From the NCBI GenBank assembly GCA_021817605.1, contig JAKAUN010000002.1, positions 3,676-67,675 on the forward strand: DNA of 64,000 bases, given 5' to 3'. The stretch is from Thermoplasmata archaeon. Lineage in GTDB: Archaea; Thermoplasmatota; Thermoplasmata; Lutacidiplasmatales; UBA184. The notes beneath the pieces are model-generated. The model had not been told where the DNA came from. It was given only the letters and a program-made list of their open reading frames with translations, and ran no database searches. This document shows, one piece after another, positions 44,203-51,545 of the stretch. The first letter of the stretch is position 1; each line of letters starts with the position of its first letter. The position numbers and the translations under genes are program-made.

Positions 44203-45912
44203 CTAGGTCGACATCCCCGGCGCGCTCTTGAGCGCCCGGATCTTGTAGTACTCGGGGTCGACGATGACCTCGCCGTTGACGCCCATCGTCTCGATCGTCT
44301 TCAGCTTGAGGCCGCCCTGCGACTTCGCCCGCTGCCAGTCGGGGATCGGGATCGAGAACTTCTTCTCGACCTCGGTCCGGTAGATCGGCCCGGAGTTGTA
44401 CGAGCAGAACGGGATGACCCGCCCGTCCGGGACCGCGTAGTGGATGTCGCAGCGCATCAGCCGCTGGATGTCGTAGTCGTAGGCGTCCTGGAAGTGCATG
44501 TTGCCGATGTAGAGCGTCCTCCAGGTGAACTTCGCGACGGCCTCCTTGTTGCCCTCGGTGAAGATCGAGGCGATCAGCCGCACGCAGTTCTTCTCCGTCA
44601 CGCCCTCCGGCGCCTTGGTGAAGTCGAAGTACTTCGCGACGTCGTGGAGGAGCCGCGCCCCGGCGACCACCGTCCGCACGCGCGAGAACCGCGCGTCGCG
44701 GTACTTCTCGATCATCCCCTCGACGTTCTCGAAGAAGCCGTCGACGTCCATGAACCGCGGCAGCGGGGTGATCTTCTCCCCGTCCTTGGAGACGAAGGCG
44801 AAGGTCGCGCAGCCGCAGCCCGGGTGCGTCGTGAGGGTCATCTTCTCCTCGCCGTGGATGATCGAGGCGAGCTCGGAGATCGGCGCGACCGACGGCACGG
44901 GGAAGAAGTCGGACTTGTCGAAGGGCCCGTCGGTGCAGAGGATGCGGACGAGGTCGGACTGGGTGAACCGCATCTGGAAGCGGTCCTTGTCGGGGATGCG
45001 GGCGGTCAGGGCGACCGGCTGGAAGTTGACGCCGCGCACGACGTCAAGGTTGTCGATCGCGAACTTGACCGTCGGCCAGATCTCCTTCTCGTTGAACCCG
45101 CCGACCAGCGTCGGGACGAGCACGACGGAGAGAGGCTTGTCCGGCTTACCCGCGGCGAGCTCGGAGGCCGGCGAGTGGGTCTCGCGGGCCGCCTGGATCG
45201 CCTTCTGCTTCACCTTGAACAGCGGCACACCACGGACCTTGCGGTAGATCTCGTCGTCCAGACCGTCGAACTGCAGGTAGAGGGTGTGCAGGCCCGCGTC
45301 CCGGGAGGCCTGGGCGAAGCCGGGCTCGTTGGCCACGCGGATCCCGTTGGTCGCGACCTGGATCTGCTTGAAGCCGAGGTCGCGGGACATCGACACCGCG
45401 TCTAGGAACAGCGGAGAGAGGGTCGGCTCGCCTCCGGAGAACTGGACCGCGACGGTGCCGACCGGCTTCTGCTCGCGCAGGGTCTTCAGCATGAAGTAGA
45501 TCTGCTCGCGGGTGGGCTCGAAGACGTAGCCTGCGGCGTTCGCGTTCGCGAAGCAGACAGGGCACTTGAGATTGCAGCGGTTGGTCAGGTCCACCAGGGC
45601 GAGCCCGGTGTGCGACTTGTGGTGGCTGCACATCCCGCAGGTGGTGGGGCAGCCGCGGAACTTGTCGTAGTAGGGGTTCTCGTAGCCGACCCCGTCGTGG
45701 GCATAGACCTCCATCCGCAGGTAGAAGTCCACGTCGTTGGAGATGATGTCCCAGAAGTAGCCGTGGGCTCGGCAGGTCTTCTCCATGATGACCCGGCCGT
45801 CTTTCTCGCGGACGATGGCGGGAATGACCTTGATGCACTCCGGGCAGACCGAGGCGGTCTTCCGGGGGAGGCCCCGCGGGGCCTGGAACTCCTTCATCAC
45901 TCGTGCCGGCAT
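44203..45912 (-). CDS. Radical SAM protein of the tetraether lipid synthase (Tes / GDGT-MAS)-like family
   Basis: 569 aa. It has an N-terminal zinc-ribbon-like CPECIKV...CRAHG, CPTTCGMCSHH, a radical SAM cluster (TNRCNLKCPVCFA), GGEPTL and a long C-terminal domain. The Tes assignment rests on my recollection of that family's architecture. GGAGG lies 8 nt upstream of the ATG. Confidence 0.7.
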   Translation of the reverse strand: MPARVMKEFQAPRGLPRKTASVCPECIKVIPAIVREKDGRVIMEKTCRAHGYFWDIISNDVDFYLRMEVYAHDGVGYENPYYDKFRGCPTTCGMCSHHKSHTGLALVDLTNRCNLKCPVCFANANAAGYVFEPTREQIYFMLKTLREQKPVGTVAVQFSGGEPTLSPLFLDAVSMSRDLGFKQIQVATNGIRVANEPGFAQASRDAGLHTLYLQFDGLDDEIYRKVRGVPLFKVKQKAIQAARETHSPASELAAGKPDKPLSVVLVPTLVGGFNEKEIWPTVKFAIDNLDVVRGVNFQPVALTARIPDKDRFQMRFTQSDLVRILCTDGPFDKSDFFPVPSVAPISELASIIHGEEKMTLTTHPGCGCATFAFVSKDGEKITPLPRFMDVDGFFENVEGMIEKYRDARFSRVRTVVAGARLLHDVAKYFDFTKAPEGVTEKNCVRLIASIFTEGNKEAVAKFTWRTLYIGNMHFQDAYDYDIQRLMRCDIHYAVPDGRVIPFCSYNSGPIYRTEVEKKFSIPIPDWQRAKSQGGLKLKTIETMGVNGEVIVDPEYYKIRALKSAPGMST

Positions 45913-46159
45913 ACTTCGGTTCCTCCGTTTCCTGGTCCCTCGTTCCCGACTGGACCAAGAAGCTCACCCATCCCGCCCTACATAATCCATGTGTAGTTCG
46001 GACAGCGACAAATTCGGCTGTCCATGACGTGTATTCGCATGGTAGAAAGCGCTACAACTCTCGTCAGCCGGCCCGTCTTCGCTCCTCGCACGCCGCTGGC
46101 CTGCGTGCCGGTCCCGACGAGAGGTTAAGCGAGCCGACGGCTGGACCGGGGAACCTACC

Positions 46160-46744
46160 ATGGCTCCTTCGCGCACCTCCCGTCGGTCGAGCCGCCGCGG
46201 CGGCCGCTCCCGGAAAGCTGGGACCACGCGACGGGTCCGAAAGCCGCCCGTGCCGAAGTTCGTGGGGCGGGACCCTTCCCCTGTGCTGGACCGCTACCCC
46301 CCGCGGGCGCCGCACGAGGGGCGGCCGACGCCCACAGCCGCCTCCGTCGCGACACCGTCGCCGGCACCGAGCGGCCGGGTAGCCCCTCCGGCCCGCGCCG
46401 CGGCCCCCCCTGCCCCCGCCCAAGGGCCGCCGGCCGGCCTCATCCGGCTCGACCGGCCGTTCGACCTCGACGAGTTCTCCCGGCTCCTCGGGGAGACCTC
46501 GATCCGGCTGAAGGTGCCTCGGGAGAACCTCCTGGAGGTGCTCGGGCGCGTTTTGGAGTTCATGGGCTTCGGGATCTACGTCTACGCGATCTCGGTGCGT
46601 CCTGCGCCCGCCGCTCTCCTCAAGGAGTTCGAGGTGGAGCTCCAGCGCGTGGACTACTCTGCCGAGCGGAGCCGCTGGGAGCCGTTCGTGGAGAGGGGGA
46701 GCGCGTCGTCGCCCCCCGGTTCGAGCTCGGGGAGCCCTCCGTAG
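46160..46744 (+). CDS. Hypothetical protein: basic N-terminus, Pro/Ala-rich linker, small globular C-domain
   Basis: 194-aa ORF. MAPSRTSRRSSRRGGRSRKAGTTRRVRK... then ...LIRLDRPFDLDEFSRLLGETSIRLKVPRENLLEVLGRVLEFMGFGIYVYAISVRP. I recognise no family. Confidence 0.5.
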   Translation: MAPSRTSRRSSRRGGRSRKAGTTRRVRKPPVPKFVGRDPSPVLDRYPPRAPHEGRPTPTAASVATPSPAPSGRVAPPARAAAPPAPAQGPPAGLIRLDRPFDLDEFSRLLGETSIRLKVPRENLLEVLGRVLEFMGFGIYVYAISVRPAPAALLKEFEVELQRVDYSAERSRWEPFVERGSASSPPGSSSGSPP

Positions 46745-46853
46745 CCGGCGCTCCCTTCCGCGGACCTACCTCCTGCTCGCCCTTCGGAGCCGGCCGCAGC
46801 CGCTCGTCGGGGTGTTCATCTACTGGAAAGGGCTCGCCGAAGCCGAGAGGACC

Positions 46854-47072
46854 ATGACGGCCGCTGGAGGATCCGACCGCTGGGAAGCCGAGCTCAAGGC
46901 GCTCCGGAGCGAGCTCAACGCCCTTCGGCAGGAACAGAGGGAGATGGCCGAGGCGATCAACCAGCTGCTGACGACCTTCCGGGGACTCGCGGCACATCTC
47001 GGGATCGCGACCGAGCCGTATGGCGGCCGCGGGACCCGCGCGTCGGAGCGCGACCTGCCCGGCTTCGGCTGA
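46854..47072 (+). CDS. Hypothetical small coiled-coil protein
   Basis: MTAAGGSDRWEAELKALRSELNALRQEQREMAEAINQLLTTFRGLAAHLG has heptad-like periodicity, with GAGAGG upstream of the ATG. The track start at 46812 is a GTG extension. Confidence 0.4.
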   Translation: MTAAGGSDRWEAELKALRSELNALRQEQREMAEAINQLLTTFRGLAAHLGIATEPYGGRGTRASERDLPGFG

Positions 47073-47118
47073 GCGGCTCGGACCTACGGGTTCCAAGACG
47101 GCCGTTGCCGATCGACGC

Positions 47119-48141
47119 TCAGCCCGGGGTCGGCTGGCGAACGACGGCCTTGCGCCCGTAGCGCCAGGACCCCTCGATGGCGTAGAGGCGCCGCAGCCTC
47201 GTGTCGACCCGGCCGCCTAGCCGGATCTCACCCGGCTCCGTATCGGTGAGGGCCACCGTGGCTCGGAGACCGTCGGCGAGCGCGACGAGCGCCACCCCGT
47301 AGGGCCCGACAGCGGCGACCTGCTCGTCGAACTCGGTAGGCTGGCCTCCGGGGCCGATCCAGGTGAGCGCGACGACCTCGAGCCCGTCTCGGGGGAGCGA
47401 CTCCGCGGTGAGCGTGTCCGCCCGGCCGCAGCGGCGGCAGCGACCCCGGGAAGGGAAGCTGAGTGTCGAGCAGGAGCGGCATCTCTCGCCGGAGAACCTC
47501 CAGCGGCTGGCGACGGCCTCGAGGTAGCTCGCCCGCGGGACGTAGGCGCCCTCGGAGACGGCCGCCGACGGGAACGCCGGCGGTCCCTGGGGGGGCGGAG
47601 GACGTCCCACGGCAGGGCTAGCCGCCCAGTCGCCCACCCAAGCTTTCGCCGCGGCTGCGTCGGCCCGTTGGGCGATCGGGACGAGCGCGGCGAGCTCCTG
47701 CCCCGGGAGGGGAGCTGTCCCCGCGGGGAGAAGGCTCGCCGTCGAGGAAGGGAGCTCGTCGACCAGGAGGGCAAAGGCCCCCTCGCCCGGGGGCGGGACG
47801 GCCGACGCGGGGGAGCCCGAGGCCTCCTCCACGGCACCGACCAGCAGTTCCGGTCCGGCTCCGTGGGAGGCACGTTCGAGGGCGTCGGCAAGGGGGGAGG
47901 CGGTCGGGTCGGGCGCGGGAACCACCGTCACGCTCTCGCCGAGGATCCCGGCAAGCAGCTCCGGAGGGAGGGCCCGTGCGGCGCCGACTTCCCGGATCGT
48001 CCAGGCGGGTGGCCTCGAGGTGCTGCCGGCTAGTAGCCGCTCAAGCGCCGTCGCCACCAGCGTGAAGGCGTCCTCGTCCCAGGAGCGGACGCGGCGCCGG
48101 CCGTCGGTGCGGGTGGGGAGGTAGGCGGCGGCCCGCAGCAC
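47119..48141 (-). CDS. Fusion protein: Cys-less condensing-enzyme-like (HMG-CoA synthase/thiolase-fold N-half) domain + DUF35 Zn-ribbon/OB-fold
   Basis: The N-terminus (AAYLPTRTDG..SWDEDAFTLVATALERLL, LLVGAVEEASG, GEGAFALLV) resembles the first half of HMGCS-type enzymes, but it has no Cys in about 225 aa. The C-terminus (RFSGERCRSCSTLSFPSRGRCRRCG...) is a DUF35 ribbon plus OB fold. It lies 17 bp downstream of the thiolase gene. Confidence 0.72.
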   Translation of the reverse strand: MLRAAAYLPTRTDGRRRVRSWDEDAFTLVATALERLLAGSTSRPPAWTIREVGAARALPPELLAGILGESVTVVPAPDPTASPLADALERASHGAGPELLVGAVEEASGSPASAVPPPGEGAFALLVDELPSSTASLLPAGTAPLPGQELAALVPIAQRADAAAAKAWVGDWAASPAVGRPPPPQGPPAFPSAAVSEGAYVPRASYLEAVASRWRFSGERCRSCSTLSFPSRGRCRRCGRADTLTAESLPRDGLEVVALTWIGPGGQPTEFDEQVAAVGPYGVALVALADGLRATVALTDTEPGEIRLGGRVDTRLRRLYAIEGSWRYGRKAVVRQPTPG

Positions 48142-48157
48142 CCCGCGCGTCGTCCTC

Positions 48158-49321
48158 TCACCCCACCGAGTAGATCGTCACGGCGCAGGTCGCCCCGGCC
48201 CCGCCGACATTGTGCGTGAGCGCGCTTCGGGCCCCCGGGACCTGGCGGGGGCCGGCGCTCCCGCGGAGCTGGTGGAAGACCTCGTAGGCCTGAGAGACGC
48301 CCGTCGCTCCGATCGGATGGCCCTTGGCCTTGAGCCCCCCGTCGGGGTTGACAGGGATCCGGCCGTCGCGGCGCGTCGCCCCCGAGAGGGTGAGGGCTCC
48401 GGCCTCCCCACGGCCGGCGAAGCCGAGGTCCTCGAGGGCGAGGAGCTCGGCGATCGTGAAGCAGTCATGGACCTCGAGGAAGGAGATCGACCCACGCTCG
48501 GCCCCGGCGGAGCGGAAGGCGGTCTCGGCGGCCCGTCGGCTCGCCTCGAAGCCGGTGAGCTCGGCCCGCTCCTGCACGGCGAGGCGGTCGGAGGCCGCCC
48601 CGATCCCGTCGACGTAGACCGGCGTGTCGGTGTACCGTTTCGCCGTTTCGGTCGAGGCGAGGAGGACGGCGGCGGCCCCGTCGCTCACCGGACAGCAGTC
48701 GTAGAGCCCGAGCGGATCGGCGACCCGGGGGCTGCGCAGGGCCTGTTCGCGCTCGATGCGCTTCTGGAAGTGCGCGTTCGGGTTGAGCGCGCCGTTCTCG
48801 TGGTTCTTGACCGCGACCTCGGCGAGGGCCTCGCGCCCGAGCCGGTAGCGGTCGAGATAGGCCGAGGCGAGAAGCCCGTAGACCCCGGCGAAGGTGAGCC
48901 CGGCCTGGCGCTCCCACTCGGTGTCGCCCGAGACACCGAGCCAGAAGCGGCGGCGGGCGTTGGAGACGTCGGTCATCTTCTCGAGGCCCGCGACGAGGAC
49001 GAGGTCGGCCGACCCCGAGGCGATGGCGTGGACCGCCTCGTGAAGCGCAAAGCCGCCGGACGCGCAGGCGTTCTCGACCCGGACGCAGGCCAGCCCGGGG
49101 ACGCCGAGCTCCTCGGCGAGCAGGGCGGAGGAGTTGCCGATCTGCCAGCCGCCGAAGCCCAGCGACGCGAGGTAGCTGCGGTCCACCGCCGACGGCTCGA
49201 AAGCGCGGTCGACGCTGCCGAGCGCCTGGCGCACCGCGCTCCCCAGAAGGGCCCGGGGTCCCTCGGGAAGGACGCCGAACCGGGTGTGCCCCGCCCCGAC
49301 GATCGCCGCGCGATGCACCAC
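48158..49321 (-). CDS. Acetyl-CoA acetyltransferase (archaeal acetoacetyl-CoA thiolase)
   Basis: AAIVGAGHTRFG, an active-site VENACASGGFALHEA and a C-terminal NPDGGLKAKGHPIGATG...NVGGAG. Confidence 0.9.
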   Translation of the reverse strand: MVHRAAIVGAGHTRFGVLPEGPRALLGSAVRQALGSVDRAFEPSAVDRSYLASLGFGGWQIGNSSALLAEELGVPGLACVRVENACASGGFALHEAVHAIASGSADLVLVAGLEKMTDVSNARRRFWLGVSGDTEWERQAGLTFAGVYGLLASAYLDRYRLGREALAEVAVKNHENGALNPNAHFQKRIEREQALRSPRVADPLGLYDCCPVSDGAAAVLLASTETAKRYTDTPVYVDGIGAASDRLAVQERAELTGFEASRRAAETAFRSAGAERGSISFLEVHDCFTIAELLALEDLGFAGRGEAGALTLSGATRRDGRIPVNPDGGLKAKGHPIGATGVSQAYEVFHQLRGSAGPRQVPGARSALTHNVGGAGATCAVTIYSVG

Positions 49322-49387
49322 GTCTTCCCCGTTGCACGAACCGTCTTAACGCCTCAGTCGCTGCGCCGGCCGGGCAGCGGGGCCAGG

Positions 49388-49963
49388 GTGGGCGACGATC
49401 GTCCGTTGGTCGTGGGAGTCACGGGAGCGAGCGGAGCCCCGATCGCCGTGCGGGTCCTCGAGGCCCTGCAAGGGGCCGGCGTGCCGGTCGCCCTCGTCCT
49501 CTCGGAGGCCGGGCGGGCGGTCCTCCGGGCCGAGACCGACCTCGAGCCGCTCGCCGTCGAGCACCTCGCGGGCGTCACCTACCGCGACGACGACATCGCC
49601 GCCCCGATCGCCAGCGGCTCGCGCGCCACCCGAGGGATGGTCGTGGTTCCCTGCTCGGCGTCGACCGCGGCGAAGATCGCCGTCGGGCTCGCCGACACCC
49701 TGCTGACCCGGACCGCCTTCGTCCACCTCAAGGAGCGACGGCCGCTCGTCCTGGTTCCCCGCGAGACGCCGATGCCCAGTGTCCTCCTGAGGCACCTCGC
49801 CGCGCTCAGCGAGATGGGGGCCGTCGTCCTGCCGGTGAGTCCCCCTTACTACCTGCGGCCGAGGTCGCTCGCGGACCTCACCGACTACATGGCCGGCAAG
49901 GTCCTCGACCACGTCGGAGTGCCGCACCAGCTCTACCGTGGCTGGCGCGAGCCCGAGGAGTAG
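49388..49963 (+). CDS. ubiX: Flavin prenyltransferase UbiX
   Basis: GTG 49388, in frame with ORF 48212..49963. LVVGVTGASGAPIAVRVLEAL...MVVVPCSASTAAKIAVGLADTLLTR...LVLVPRETP. It is divergent from the thiolase gene across a 66-bp spacer. Confidence 0.87.
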   Translation: MGDDRPLVVGVTGASGAPIAVRVLEALQGAGVPVALVLSEAGRAVLRAETDLEPLAVEHLAGVTYRDDDIAAPIASGSRATRGMVVVPCSASTAAKIAVGLADTLLTRTAFVHLKERRPLVLVPRETPMPSVLLRHLAALSEMGAVVLPVSPPYYLRPRSLADLTDYMAGKVLDHVGVPHQLYRGWREPEE

Positions 49964-49965
49964 GG

Positions 49966-50562
49966 ATGAGCGCACGGGTCCCCTCGCGCTCGAAAAGCCC
50001 GGCCGACCCGCTCGGTCGCTACGCGCCCGCGCCGTTCGTCGCGGCCAGCGCGGTGCTCGTCCTGCTCATCGTCTTCACCCCGGTCCTTTTGTCGACGGGG
50101 CCGAGCCCTCTGCTCACGCAGGGGGAGCTCACCATCGACCGCGTCGCGGGCCAGAACTGGACGAAGTTCTGGGTCATGCCGCTCGACCCGCACGCGGTCC
50201 TCTACCGGTCGATCACGCTCGCCGTCGGCACGGGATTCAGCTGGAACGGCACCTGCCCGACCTCTCCGCTCTCCTGGAGCACCACCTCCGACACGCAGAC
50301 CCACGCCCTCAGCGTAAACACGACCGCGGACCCGGTCGTGGTGAACGCGACCGCGGTCTACGCGATGGGCGCCGGACGCACGGTCTACGCCGGGGAGTAC
50401 GCCTTCGATGTGGTGAACCCCGGCGGCCCGAGCCCGACGATGCTCATGGTGCCGTGCACCTCCGCGACCCCGGGAGCCACCGTTCCGGAGCCCTCGGTCG
50501 CGGTGACCAACGCTTCGATCACCTTCGGCCTCGTCAACTACGGCAGCGGAGGGGTCCCGTGA
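49966..50562 (+). CDS. Hypothetical N-terminally anchored extracytoplasmic protein
   Basis: 198 aa with one TM helix (FVAASAVLVLLIVFTPVLL), then a Thr/Ser/Val-rich domain with N-x-S/T sequons (NWT, NGT, NTT, NAT, NAS). It starts 3 bp after the ubiX stop. Confidence 0.58.
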   Translation: MSARVPSRSKSPADPLGRYAPAPFVAASAVLVLLIVFTPVLLSTGPSPLLTQGELTIDRVAGQNWTKFWVMPLDPHAVLYRSITLAVGTGFSWNGTCPTSPLSWSTTSDTQTHALSVNTTADPVVVNATAVYAMGAGRTVYAGEYAFDVVNPGGPSPTMLMVPCTSATPGATVPEPSVAVTNASITFGLVNYGSGGVP

Positions 50563-50930
50563 GGCCGGGGAGGGCCGTTCTCGTCGTCTGGAGCGTCGTC
50601 GTGGGGGTCCTCGTGATCCTCGAGGTCGCGGAGGTGACCCGGGTGTTCACGGTCCCCATCGCCCGCGCCGTCGCCGACCCGCTCGTGCTGCTCGTCTCCC
50701 TTCTGTTCACGACGGTCATCGCGGTGGTCGGGGCGATCTTCGTCGGGATCTCGATGTCGGCGCGCCTGCTCAATCCCCGGGGATTCACCCCCTTCGAGGA
50801 AGAGATGCTCCGGATGCGCGCCGACCTCCTCGAAGTCAAGCGGTCGGTCGAGGAGGTCCTCCGGCGGGAGGGGGCCTCGCCGCCGACGGCTCCGCCGCGC
50901 GACCCGCCGAGGCCAGGAGACCGCCGGTGA
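50559..50930 (+). CDS. Hypothetical two-TM membrane protein with charged helical tail
   Basis: GTG 50559 overlaps the preceding TGA (GTGA). AVLVVWSVVVGVLVILEV and LVLLVSLLFTTVIAVVGAIFVGI are followed by FEEEMLRMRADLLEVKRSVEEVLRRE. Its TGA overlaps the GTG of guaAa. Confidence 0.52.
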   Translation: MRPGRAVLVVWSVVVGVLVILEVAEVTRVFTVPIARAVADPLVLLVSLLFTTVIAVVGAIFVGISMSARLLNPRGFTPFEEEMLRMRADLLEVKRSVEEVLRREGASPPTAPPRDPPRPGDRR

Positions 50931-51490
50931 AGGTCCCCGTCATCGACAACGGCGGGCAGTGGACGCATCGGGAGTACCGGGTCCTCCGCGACCTGGGCTC
51001 GGAGAGCCGGATCGTCCCGAACACGACCCCGCTCGAAGAGCTCGACGCGGACGGCATCGTCCTCTCGGGAGGCGCGCTCAGCCTGGAGGGCTCCGAGGCA
51101 CCTCTCGGGCGGGTCGACGAGTGGATCGACCGGGCCACCGTGCCGGTCCTGGCGATCTGCCTCGGTCACGAGTTCCTCGGCCGCCACTTCGGCGGGACGG
51201 TCGCTGGCGGCGGCGCGGAGTTCGGCTCGGTCGAGCTGACCGTCGACCGCCCGGACCACCCGCTCTTTCTCGGCCTACCGAACCGTCTCACCGTCTGGGC
51301 GAGCCACAACGACCAGGTCGTCCGGGCGCCTCCGGGCTGGTCGATCCTCGCGCACTCGGCCGCCTGCCCGATCGAGGCGATGGCCAGCCCCGACCGGCCC
51401 CTCTGGGGGCTGCAGTTCCACCCGGAGGTCGAGCACACCCAGGGCGGCAAGGAGATCTTCCGCCACTTCCTCGAGGCCTGTCGCCGCTGA
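50927..51490 (+). CDS. guaAa: GMP synthase, glutamine amidotransferase subunit A
   Basis: MKVPVIDNGGQWTHREYRVLRDLG..., catalytic LAICLGHEF and LQFHPEVEHT (class I GATase triad). Confidence 0.9.
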   Translation: MKVPVIDNGGQWTHREYRVLRDLGSESRIVPNTTPLEELDADGIVLSGGALSLEGSEAPLGRVDEWIDRATVPVLAICLGHEFLGRHFGGTVAGGGAEFGSVELTVDRPDHPLFLGLPNRLTVWASHNDQVVRAPPGWSILAHSAACPIEAMASPDRPLWGLQFHPEVEHTQGGKEIFRHFLEACRR

Positions 51491-51545
51491 CCGGCCACGG
51501 TGCCCTCTCGCTATGTAGGGCTCACCGCTCGGGCCTGCAGGTCGG

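Noticed and set aside
44045-44400. Calling the GGAGGAAAGGUCC...AAGGCAGGG region a bona fide RNase P RNA gene.
   Set aside because: The CR-I string has an extra G. I could not find the CR-IV/CR-V or CR-II/III consensus downstream. A normal-length RNA would overlap about 150-200 nt of the convergent radical SAM CDS. It is kept only as a candidate to test, not as an annotated ncRNA.
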